Translations under genes and position numbers: made by a program
Part shown: positions 1 to 12,200 of the stretch, piece after piece
How positions within the stretch are numbered: position 1 is the stretch's first letter
Layout of the letters: each line of letters opens with the position of its first letter
NCBI GenBank assembly: GCA_950097015.1
Contig: CATNEN010000026.1
Span: forward strand, 1,679,269 to 1,743,268
DNA: 64,000 nucleotides
Source of the DNA: Macrostomum hystrix
Taxonomy: Eukaryota > Animalia > Platyhelminthes
Reading direction: 5' to 3'
Notes under the pieces: model-generated
Told to the model about the DNA's origin: nothing
Seen by the model: the letters and a program-made list of their open reading frames with translations, nothing else
The model's database searches: none

Positions 1-363
1 ACGTGTTAACCGCTCTGCCACTCACCCCCGTCATTATATATTATTTTTTTCTCGTCCTTAACTGTTCTGTTATGACTTTTTTGAAAAACGAAAAAAAAAA
101 TTAATTGAGGTCGTATTTCTAGATTCAAACAGTTTCCGGGATTTTTCCAGTGCATGATTCACTTTTGAGTTTAAAAGGCGATTACTTCGCTGCCAAAAGA
201 CTCGAAATAGTTCGCAACAGTTAACGATCCTGCAGAATCCTGCAGCAAGGGCAACTACATCGTCTAGAGGCTTCGGACATCGTTGCTCCACTCGGATGAC
301 GACCATTGAGCCTGAAAATACTTACCTAGCGTGTACGTTAATAAAAATCAATTGAGTCTACTA

Positions 364-1933
364 TTGCTTTTGTCGCACTATGTGGAACAGTGGACATGCA
401 AAACGGAACGGCCCATGGAATTCTATGGCCAAGCGTTTGAATTCACACGAGAAAGTAAGCCATAGACAACTCAAATTGTCATGCTATGTGGAACGATGAG
501 CCAGAATAGAAGGAACCAGATTAGATTTTCACAGAGACAACACACTTTCATTTTCTTTCGTTTGATCAGTTAAGCAATAATGGCGCCCCAAATTGCTGTA
601 CGTGATCGACAGCGCATAGTCGCCGCCTTGCACCGTGGACTGTCGATGAAGGATGTGTCAGTATTTTTTGGAGTATCCAAAACTTCTGTTCACCATATTC
701 GGTCAACGTTCGAACAAGCTGGCAGGTTGGAAGCTTTGCCTCGTGGAGGACGCAAGGAAGCAAACTGCAAAATGGACGCAGAGATGCGAGATTTTTTACA
801 ACATGAGGTGCACTGAAATCCCTTTCTAACGCTAAAGTCAATGGCTGAGAAGCTGATCGGATGCTTTCCTGACAAGCCGCAGGTGAGCCTTAAAACAATT
901 GATCGAATAATGGATGGTTTGCTCATTACGGTCAAACTTGCTACCAAGGGGACGGATACGCTCGTATTCGCCTAAACACCAACCGAGTCGAAAGCCTGGA
1001 CGCCAGAAGCGAATACGCTAACTTCATGCTCCACTTAGCTCCAGGAGTTCACACTGTCTAACTTAGATGAGACCGGTTTTAACTTGTGGACCCGGAGGTC
1101 GCAGGGCAGGTCGGCTCGTGGACACCCAGTGAAGCGCACGGTGACAACCCAGAGGGGTCCTAACGTTACGGTTTGCATGGCAATTTCGTCGGGTTGGTGC
1201 ATTCTGTCATCCAGAGAGGTGGCCGAACGCAGCAAAGGTTTCAATAATTTTTAGACCACCTAGCAGACCGCTGCCATTAACTGGACCCTACCGGAAACTG
1301 GATAATTTTTATGGACGGCCCAAATTTTCATCGTAATGTGGAGATCCGAGAGAACCATCGGAACAGAATTACGACACGAATCCTACCCCCGTATTCACAA
1401 TTTCTAAACCCGACCGAATTTGCTAACTCTGCGCTGAAGTCAAATCTCAAGAACCGTTTGGCGGAAGCCGGCATGGTTGAGGATGAGCAAGTTCCACCAG
1501 AAGGAGTGACACTTAAGCAGTGGAGATTCATGCTACTTGAACGAGAGGTGACTGAAGCTGTTGGTCAAGCAATCACTGCTGACAAGTGCGCTGGTTGGGA
1601 GCTGTGCTGCAATCGATTGTTTGGATTGTGTTTGCAGCGACATCTATTTTAGGGGTTGAATTTTTTTAACTTTGATGCTTCAATTTCAGACTTAAAATAA
1701 GATTCATTTGAATGCAACTCAGAAAAATGTTCTGTTTCTGCTTGTTTTTATTCTTTCTGCAAATAAAATCTAATCTGGTTCCTTCTATTCTGGCTCATCG
1801 TTCCACATAGCATGACAATTTGAGTTGTCTATGGCTTACTTTCTCGTGTGAATTCAAACGCTTGGCCACAGAATTCCATGGGCCGTTCCGTTTTGCATGT
1901 GACCCACTGTTCCACATAGTGGGACAAAAGCAA
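364..1933 (+). mobile_element. IS630/Tc1/mariner-superfamily DNA transposon, full length but decayed
   Basis: Terminal inverted repeats 363-529 and 1765-1934 (167/170 bp, near-identical, 3-bp indel) enclose a broken transposase. The left flank is TA (362-363) and the right flank TG (1934-1935), consistent with a mutated TA target duplication. Confidence 0.92.
580..1652 (+). pseudogene. DDE transposase pseudogene (IS630/Tc1-like)
   Basis: HTH-like N-terminus (LSMKDVSVFFGVSKTSVHHI). Catalytic motifs LDETGFNLWTRR (~1062), MDGPNFH (1311) and LPPYSQFLNPTE. Interrupted by TGA at 814-816 and frameshifts near 950, 1058 and 1190-1250. Confidence 0.9.
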
Positions 1934-3284
1934 TGCTGATGGAGATTATCGATTTATTTCCTTTGAGTTATAAATCGTCTGCATCTGGATCTGGATCTGG
2001 ATCTGGATGGCTTAAAAGCTAAATTTTCTCTCGAGTTCCTCATAGCTGTCACTGTTGCAACTTGCGATAAGAAAGTCAAATTACCAAGCGTAACGAACTT
2101 ACGATCGCCACGATATTTAAAAAAAATTGGCACCATTATAAACAAATGAACAAACAAACCCGACCGAAGTAAAAGATTGAAATCGCGGGTCCTTAGAGGG
2201 TATCTCTCTGTTCCAAACAAAATTAAGAGTCTGAAACAGCATCTGTAATTAAGCTACTGTCTATTTTTAAGATAAGCCCTTATCTAAGTGCTTATTAATG
2301 CTAGCCTATCTTGATCTTGATTATTAAATGTTTATTTTCTTATTTACTATTTTACTGTTCTTATTACTATTACTATTTTTATGTGACCCCTTGACCAAAA
2401 CTAGATATATTATATGCTTAGTTGCTATTGATTGGGCCCTGTATAAATTAACATTTTTACAACTAATATAGAAATTCTAATCTCTAGCTCATGGGCACAG
2501 CTACAATATATAAAGCTACGATTGTTGAAATAGGCCCTTAATATTTTCATATTAGGCCATATACTATACATTGTTATTGCTTTAAAGTCATATTTTTATA
2601 TCCTAATATATAATTAGTAGGCCTAGCTACTGGCTATAGTATGGCTAGCTATAATAGCTAGAAACATCTAGCTAGCTTATGTATATGTATAAGTTACATT
2701 CTTGTTTTGTAGGAGTATGTTTGATATTAATGTATGTACCAAATTTTTTATACATAAGCTCTTCGAATTGGAAAATTGTTCTCAGTTGTGGTTGTTTTAA
2801 TTTATATTTGGTTTAGGTTGACAACTAAGGTGCAAAAGATAAATAGAGAAATATGAAATTTTCTCAAAAGTTTCAGTTATAGAATTCTGCATTGATAAGA
2901 TAAATATATGTCTTTTTAGTCTTTTTTGGTGTTTAGCAAGTTATTTTTTGTTTTGAGAAGCAACTTTTTATATTCACTTTTAAAATCTAACTAATTTCAG
3001 TTATTGCTAATCTAAAAATGAGCATTAAAAATAAGTTTGGTTCTAACTTGGATAACATTATTAAATTGGTTTTATACTTTATAGTCCTTTAAAGTATTGT
3101 TACAACGAAATCTGTCTACACACCAATAAAGAAAACTTTGTTCAATTTCTCTATTTGGCTTTTGGTTGTGCTTCAATGATAATTCATTGTCGCAATGATA
3201 TTATTCTTATTTCTGAACAAAAATTGAATGTGAAGAAATCACATTTCAGTGCAGGCAAGTGGCTTGTCAAGTTCTATTGTGACC

Positions 3285-6200
3285 ATGGCTTCACCTGAGG
3301 CAGCCCACAACCAATTGAATGGCAGTTCAGACAGCTTCAGCTCAGACAATGAAAATGATAGCGATATATTATTAGGTGACTATCAGCTGCCAGAGCACTT
3401 TGCAAGGCTGAGCAAACTCAGACATGAAGGTGTATTCTGCGATTTGCAGGTTTGTTTGTAATTCTGTTTTGTTAAAGTGTTTTCAACTTTTGTTATGTGG
3501 CCACAGAGAGAATTCTTAGCGGGTCTTGTTACACAGTCCTTGCTAATATACATATTTTTGTATTTTTAATTTTGATGTATCTGGTCGCTTAAACTAGCAA
3601 TTTTAAAATTGAGTTTAGTTAGTTAACTAAAATTTTCCATTGTCACTTTCTAATAATGGCCTTGCGCCTAGCTGCATAGGGTGAAATTCCAGAACGAAGT
3701 GCCCCTGTCTTTGGAACACAAAAGAGCGCTACCTACTTAGATAAGAAACAGTTGGCCCCTTGGTCTTGAGAAGGTCGACGTCTGGGCTATCCTATTTGCT
3801 ATTTTACACTAGCTAGGTGTTTAAATTGGAGCAGATTAAAGTTTTCTACGCTCAAATAGTTAAAATACCACCCTGGGCTACTTGTAACCTCTTGTCAGGC
3901 GTGTTTTTAATTACATGTGTTCTCTTTTCGCCAAATTTTGTGCATTTTATAACTGGTTTTATAAAGATTAAAGGTCGTCTATTTTTGACCCCAGTCACTA
4001 CTGGGGTTCATGCCTTATGTGCACAGGATTGCCTAGATTTTAGCTTCCATGAGTGATTCCTTTAGTGAGCATTTTAATTTAGAAGTTCAAACACGTTGTA
4101 GACAGTAACATAGTTGCGCTGAGGCAGCGTGGCCAAAGTAACAACAGAGTGGTAATAATTTAGAAGGTTAAAAAACGCAATTAGTTATACGCGCACTAAT
4201 ATATATTTAGACAGTCAAAGGTACAACTAACACCCACCATGGCCTAGACCGGTTTGGGGCAGACAGGAAAACCCCCAGCCAATCAGAACGCGGCACACAC
4301 GCGCTTGCACTCAAGGCGGCATGCAAGCCGCATACACAACGTAACACTTCTTGGAAATATCATAGGGTAGAACTAGAAAGTTTTTCCCCTTTCAGGGTGT
4401 ACTGATGATAATTTTAAATTCCTAATTGTTTCTTAGGTTTGCTGATTGTCAACGTAAAGTTAGCAGATGTATTTAGAAAGTTTCTCTCTTTGTTGGCAAA
4501 CTAAGCTTTAAACTACCTACCTTCTGCCAGTTAGAATATCGTCAAATATCGTCAAAATTCGCTACAGATTCACCCTTTAGCTAGCGTATATATATTTTAC
4601 AAAGGTTTCATTTTGGGAAACAATTACGATCCGCTATTACAATCGGCAGGTGAGCGTATCTGGGCGAGACTTTATGACTCACCGATGCATCCTGGGCGCC
4701 GCCTCGCCGCATTTCCTTCGCTTGCTGTTGGGCGAGCCAAACTGCTGCCATTTCTCCATGCCGCGCGGCTGCTCGCCTGACGCCTTCGCCCTGGTGCTGG
4801 AATTCTGCTACACTGGCCGGCTCCGGGTGCCAGATCGTCTGCTGCCCCAGGTGTGCTCTCTGGCCAGCCTCATGGGCGTTCGGCCAGTTATGGAGGCCTG
4901 CGCTAGCCGCCTGCTGCGGGCCTGCCTGCTGCCCCGCACCGCTCTTGGTGAGCTTCATTCATCAGGTTCCTAGACTGTGCCATCAGCCTCTGTCACTCAC
5001 ACACATCCGGTTCCAAGACTGTGCCATCAGCCTCTGTCACTCACACACATCAGGTTCCTAGACTGTGCCATCAGCCTCTGGCACTCACACACATCAGGTT
5101 CCAAGACTGTGCTATCAGCCTCTGTCACCCACACACATCAGGTTCCAAGACTGTGCCATCAGCCTCTGTCACACACCCAGCTTCCTCATTTGTACCATCG
5201 CCCCCCCCACAACCCATGTTCATAGAGCTGCGCGCTCAGCTAAGCGATTGTCCGCCCCTGCTGGAGAGCATCGACTCCTTCATCACTGCCAATCTGGCTG
5301 AAGTGCTAAGCCACGATGTCGCTTGCCTGCCTAAGGTCATGGTTGACTTGCTTGGTGAGCCAATGATTTGCATTCACAAGCCTCTAGCTCTAGCTGGCAT
5401 GCTTTTCAGCATTCAAGTTTCTAAATTTGACCTTTGAAATGATCATTCAGTTAGCGGCTTGCTGCCCAAACGGTCTCAATCAGCTTTGCGATCTACTAGC
5501 CGACTGGCTAGCCCGGAGTGTCCACGATTCGTCGACTTCATCGTCCCCGTCTCCCGGCTGCTCTCTGGACGTCGCCAGCAGCGTCGGCGACACGGGCGAC
5601 TCCGGCGGTGTCGGCAGCAGAAGCGGCAGCGGCAATAGCGTCTCAAATTCTACTGTGGTTGATTTGGACTGCCTGGAACGCATGGCTTCGCAGGTTTGTT
5701 TCATTGTGTCTTTGTTGCGTAGCTCTCTGTAGTCTTTGTTTTCGTTACCCGCGGCAGTTTTCAGTATGTTTGGATGTTTGAATCATTTGTAAAGTCTGAA
5801 ATCACTTAAGTAGCTTAAATAAAAATATTGCAGCCTAGTGGTTAGAGCGTTGGTCTCCAGACTTTTAGGTCGGTGGTTCGATTCCCGACTCCGCTTCGAA
5901 TAATTTTATCCTTTAGCAAGATACTTAACTCTGCATTGCTTCAGTTCACGCAGCTGTTAATTGGGTACCAGCAATCTGCTCGGGTAAGGGTGGGTGTGGC
6001 GTCCCCCCAGTCCATGGACTGAACAGCGGTACGCAGCCTTATTTAGTTACCTTTATGCTACATAGTAAATAGTGCTTCTTGCTAAGAAATTTTGTGCTCA
6101 TATTTCTTCTGAGTTCCCGTCTAACTTTATTTTTAGATGAATTTATTAGTGGAGAAATCCAACAAGAATTTTAATGGCTGGCGGACAGAACAGTCGAGGC

Positions 6201-9200
6201 GAGTGGGAGTCCAGCCGATTTTCTCAACTAATCACAACAGCGTTAATTGGTCACGCCAGTCGTCAGGGCAGTGCTAATCTTTACTGATTAGGCTTCGAGG
6301 CTGGGGAAGGGGGCAAGGAGGTTGGGACACAGGCGTAATTAAAACTATTATAGGCATCATCTTTGTTTAGTCGGTGCTAAGTCAGGGTTAAATTAAGCAC
6401 CTTTAACTGCCGCTTTGCTGCACATTACTAGCTCGTAAGATTATTAAACTCGAGTTTCATATGATATCCAATCACTATTTAACAAATAACTGAAGTTCCT
6501 CGAAAGTTTATATCAAGTTTCGGCACAGCTTCTGTTCGATTTGCCTTTTTGTGTGAGGAAACCCTATACTATTCATGAACGACGAGCGACTAGCTAAACT
6601 ACAAACTTGTATATTCCTGTCTCCACGCCCTTTGCCCTTTCTTAGTCAGTCTATTTATTATACTTGGATAAAATATTTCGCACCTCAGCAATCTCATGTT
6701 TCTCAATAATATCATGCTTCTCAAGCATCTCATGCTTCTCAAACATCCTACACTCCTCAACCATCTCATGCTTCTCAAACATCCTACACTCCTCAACCAT
6801 CTCATGCTTCTCAAACATCCTACACTCCTCAACCATCTCATGCTTCTCAAACATCCTACACTCCTCAACCATCTCATGCTTCTCAAACATCCTACACTCC
6901 TCAACCATCTCATGCTTCTCAAACATCCTACACTCCTCAACCATCTCATGCTTCTCAAGCATCTCATGCTTCTCAAATATCCTACACTCCTCAAACATCT
7001 CATGCTTCTCAAGCATCTCACACTCCTCAAGCATCTCACACTCCTCAACCATCTCATGCTTCTAAAGCATCTCACACTCCTCAAGCATCTCACACTCCTC
7101 AACCATCTCACACTCCTCAAGCATCTCACACTCCACAACCATCTCGCACTCCTCAACCATCTCATGCTTCTAAAGCATCTCACACTCCTCAAGCATCTCA
7201 CACTCCTCAACCATCTCGCACTCCTCAACCATCTCATGCTTCTCAAGCATCTCACACTCCTCAAGCATCTCACACTCCTCAACCATCTCGCACTCCTCAA
7301 CCATCTCATGCTTCTAAAGCATCTCACACTCCTCAAGCATCTCACACTCCTCAACCATCTCGCACTCCTCAACCATCTCATGCTTCTAAAGCATCTCACA
7401 CTCCTCAAGCATCTCACACTCCTCAACCATCTCGCACTCCTCAACCATCTCATGCTTCTAAAGCATCTCACACTCCTCAAGCATCTCACACTCCTCAACC
7501 ATCTCGCACTCCTCAACCATCTCATGCTTCTAAAGCATCTCACACTCCTCAAGCATCTCACACTCCTCAACCATCTCGCACTCCTCAACCATCTCATGCT
7601 TCTAAAGCATCTCACACTCCTCAAGCATCTCACACTCCTCAACCATCTCGCACTCCTCAACCATCTCATGCTTCTAAAGCATCTCACACTCCTCAAGCAT
7701 CTCACACTCCTCAACCATCTCGCACTCCTCAACCATCTCATGCTTCTAAAGCATCTCACACTCCTCAAGCATCTCACACTCCTCAACCATCTCGCACTCC
7801 TCAACCATCTCATGCTTCTAAAGCATCTCACACTCCTCAAGCATCTCACACTCCTCAACCATCTCGCACTCCTCAACCATCTCATGCTTCTAAAGCATCT
7901 CACACTCCTCAAGCATCTCACACTCCTCAACCATCTCGCACTCCTCAACCATCTCATGCTTCTAAAGCATCTCACACTCCTCAAGCATCTCACACTCCTC
8001 AACCATCTCGCACTCCTCAACCATCTCATGCTTCTAAAGCATCTCACACTCCTCAAGCATCTCACACTCCTCAACCATCTCGCACTCCTCAACCATCTCA
8101 TGCTTCTAAAGCATCTCACACTCCTCAAGCATCTCACACTCCTCAACCATCTCGCACTCCTCAACCATCTCATGCTTCTAAAGCATCTCACACTCCTCAA
8201 GCATCTCACACTCCTCAACCATCTCGCACTCCTCAACCATCTCGCACTCCTCAACCATCTCGCACTCCTCAACCATCTCGCACTCCTCAACCATCTCGCA
8301 CTTCTCAACCATCTCGCACTCCTCAACCATCTCGCACTCCTCAACCATCTCGCACTCCTCAACCATCTCACACTTTCGAACCATCTCCGATTTCTCAAAG
8401 TTATCGTATTTATTTCTCCCTATCAAGATAATTTAGTCTTCCAGGTTAACATTTTGCTGCTACAGTTTGTATACAAAGTATTATATATAGTTTCTTTCTG
8501 GCTAATATTTCAGTCGATGTACTTTTTACAGACGAAATCTTATCTAGAAGAAAATTGCCCCAAAAAATCCTAGACCCGAGTGCGCTGAGCTCATCTCAAT
8601 GCTCAATGTGCTCAGAATCGCGGGCAGAGTTTGTCATCTTCTCATTACCGTCTTTTCTTCTTTGATTAGCTTTTCCCCTGCTTCATTTTTGATAGGGCCG
8701 TATCCTCATTACCATATTTTTCTGCGTACCGGGTTGCACAATTTGTTACAATGCTATGGATGGAAACTTGGGAGCTATATACGCACAGGGAATTTTGTTT
8801 ACTTTCTAGTTTAAGCTTCCAGGAAATCCCATCTGGGTCCAATCATTTTCTGTGTTTTTCGACTGTTACTAGTGCACTTATATCTTATTTGGTGTACTTT
8901 TAGCCTACACCGCCTACCTTCTCAGGCTCACCTGTTGTACCTGGCTCCGAATGGCGTCTTAGTTGACTGCGACGATCTAGCCGCGGTGGCCAATGGTGGC
9001 AATGGGCCGGAGAATGAGCTGGCCAATTCTGTGCCACAGATACGGGACTACATCGATAGTAAACGGCTGCATGCCAGGATTATGGTGAGTCAGAGTCTGT
9101 ACTCTTAAAGCCAATCTCTGCAAATCTGTTGTTAAGCGATCAGATGGTGATAACTTTTTCAATAGTAACAAGTGTTAATAGTCAAGAGGTGTCACCTCAA

Positions 9201-12200
9201 TCAGGTACTAGTTACGATATTTTTTTACGAGTAATAGTTACTCGTATTTGCGTCAGGTTTTTTCATCTTCGTTTTCAGCTATCATTGTTTTAAATCTGCT
9301 TTCATAAGCGAACGCAAAATATAAAATAACATGTTAGCCATCATTTCAAAGTTCTAAAAATAATAATATTTGCAGGAGGGCTGCGGTCGATGACATCCTT
9401 TGGTGACACTAGACCTGCAGTCAGCGAGTAGGCAATTCTGCTCATTCTGGTGTCTCTTGAGCACATACTCACACAGATACCGTACGCAGGCACACACACA
9501 CAGGTGTGTACATCTGCCGTGACCGTCTCATCGTCAGGCAGTGTTCGCTTTCACAGTGCCTTGGAGACTGGCCCTCAATGGCGTATATTGCACGACAAGC
9601 CCCAGGTGAATGTGGCCTTGCCGCGGAATTGAGCTCAGGTACAAAAGCATAAACCAGTCTGAGAGAAATTCAGAGCAGACGTAGAGTCACTATTGCTTGT
9701 CCCTTGAGTGCGTGTGTGCTCAGGAGTCAGCGGAATGGGCAGAATTGCCTCCTCGCTGGCTGCGAGTCTAGTGTCACCAAATGATGTGCCATTGCCAACA
9801 GCCCTCCTGCAATTATTATTATTATTATTGTCATTATTATGTTTCCTGAAAAGCTGTCATCCCATTAGTTAATTTAATTAATAATTGATTACACCTGCCC
9901 CAATTGGGTCAGATGTGCAGCCTGACAGCACAGCTGCAGCTAATGCGCGGCGCATCTGAAGGCTGCGTACAGCTGTTCAGTCCACGGACTGGGAGGGACG
10001 CCACACCCACATTCAATTATCCCAGCTGATCCTGGTACCCATTTAACAGCTGGGTGAACTGAAGCAATGCAGAGTTAAGTGTCTTGCTAAATGACACAAA
10101 TTGTTCCAGTGGAGTCAGGAATCGAACCCCCGACCTTCAAGTCGTTAGTCCGACGCCCTAACCACTTGGCTACAATCCCATTAGATTGTATCTAAGTAAG
10201 CAGTCCTTATTTTGCTACTCATCATGCTTCTTTAGAAAAGAAGTTTCGAAAAGGAAAACTTGTCTACATTGACTGTTCGATTTTTTTTTCTAATGATCGT
10301 TTCCTAGCTTGTACTTTAGACGCAGCTCAAGGTGGAACTCAGGAGAGGCTTGAGTGAAGTGCAAGCTGGGAGTGGCAGGTTGAGTCCACGAGGCTCATAG
10401 AGGAATAAGAAAGATTGCATACTGTGAGACACAATTATTCAAGCATTGTCGCAGCATATTCAAGCATATTCAAGCATACACTAACGAGTCTAGAATGCTA
10501 CTGGTGCTTGGGTGTGGTCAAAGGCTACACAATGCGCCTCTCTTGCTTCTTAGTTAGTAAAAAAATGAATGGTTAGTCTGCTCTACTAGCAGTTTTCGTT
10601 GTAAGCCGTTAACTATCATAAGCGACCAGAGAGAGGAAAGGCGAATAAAAAGAATGACTAGCTTCTGTCGCATTCTAGTTTTCCTGTTATATCGGGAGCG
10701 AGCTTCTATTGGTGGTCGTGCAGTTGTCGCGCCATCCAAAACTCCTGCGGCCACTATTTTGCACTATAGTACAGCACTACTAATATAGTTTCATTGTGCG
10801 AAAAAACCTATTCTAGAAAATAAGCCACTTTTAAAGATGAGTGCGGAATGAGCAATGTGTTATGATGACAGCGTCCACTTTGCGACCACTTGTCCTACAT
10901 TCTCAGCCACCTGAATCGCTGACCTCAGCTCTAGCCTGTGCACTTCAACAGGCGAAAGTCTACTGGGTGTTTCAAATAATCAGATTTATTCTATATCTCC
11001 CGAAATTTTCCTCTAATCACTTGAATTTTCCGCTCCATCCGATGAAACAATTTTAACAACTTTCCACGGGCTGTTAACGCGTTTGCCTCTTGCACCAAGG
11101 TCCCTAAGTTCGATTCCGCGGCCGAGGCCACATTCATTTGGGGCGCAGCCGCGGAGAGAAGGCTTGGAGGCTTGTCGTGCAATTTACGCCCCTGAGGGCC
11201 AACCTCCAAGGCACAGTGAGAGTGTACACTGCCTGACGATGAGAAAGTCAGGGTAGATGTACACACCTGTGTTAGGTATGCCTGCGTACAGTATCTGTGT
11301 GCGTGTGTCCTCAGGAGTCAGCGGAATGGGCAGGAATTGCCTCCTCGCAGGCTGCGAGTCTAGTGTCACCAAATGATGTGCCATTGTCCTCAGCCCTTCT
11401 GTAATTATATTATTATTATTATTATTAACTGCAAACTATTCATCCACACAGAGCTCTCGCCATCGCGGACCCAGTCCACTGGCTCGTAGCGTACTCGGCG
11501 TATTGACGCCGTCGACGCCGCAGTCGAACGCGGCCGACTCCGTCAGCTCCGACGAAGCTGGTCAGCAGGAAGCCGGCCCGGCGCCAGCTGACAGAGCCGT
11601 GGCTCAGTGCCTGGCTCGAATCGGCTCCGCGCTGGCCCTGCTGAGTGTGCGCCTGCTTCCGCTGGTCCCGCCGGAGGACACTGCCGCTGTAGGCGCTGCC
11701 AACCTTGACCGGCTTTTCAGCGCCAACTGTCTGTTCAGAGCGGAGGGGGCGGCGGCGGTAGCGGTGGATTCCTTCGCCAGGTGTCGACACAGAGCGGTGA
11801 GCTGGTATCCAACGACGCTGTCAACGATTTCGGCGGCAATAGTTCGCCAACGAGAACGTCGTCGGTTGCGTCGGACAGCGCGTTGGTTTTCCCCCCAATG
11901 TCCACTCCGCGTTCAGCTTTCGGCTTTGTGAATTTCGGCGGCGGCTCCGTTGATGCCGACAGTTTCTGCTTGCTGGCCTGCGGAGGCTACAATCGCGGCC
12001 AGTGCCTGAGCAGCGCCGAGATTCTGCGGCCCGGGTTCGGCGGCTGGACGCCGGCCCCGCCCTTGCTGACAGCTCGGAGTCGCTGCTCAGCTGCCGTGCT
12101 CAATGGCGACCGAGTCTATCTGTGCGGAGGCTCCAACGGCGCTAGCGAGCTTTCTACGGTGAGGCTTTTGGCTTCAGTACTAGCTTTACTTATGGCCTCA

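Noticed and set aside
70-325. 78-aa minus-strand ORF with an acceptor-like ttttcAG 5 nt before its ATG and an adjacent GTAAGT
   Set aside because: No recognisable domain and it lies at the window edge. It could be the first exon of a divergent gene but cannot be supported here.
1983-2008. (atctgg)n hexamer run, and a similar (attaga/tttaga)n run at ~15862-15890, upstream of genes
   Set aside because: Short simple repeats; two differing instances are too few to claim a promoter element.
5830-5910. tRNA-like sequences (also ~10100-10180, 55700-55772, 59474-59540)
   Set aside because: A/B boxes are present, but there is no complete cloverleaf and each continues into a shared SINE body; not tRNA genes.
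6599-8573. 600-aa ORFs on both strands (LLKHL.., RWLRS..)
   Set aside because: Translation of an 18-bp stop-free satellite inside an intron; no splice context or protein-like complexity.
10554-10754. Minus-strand ORF with a hydrophobic, signal-like stretch inside the Kelch gene intron
   Set aside because: Only 66 aa (39 from the internal ATG), with no motif or further exons; within chance expectation.
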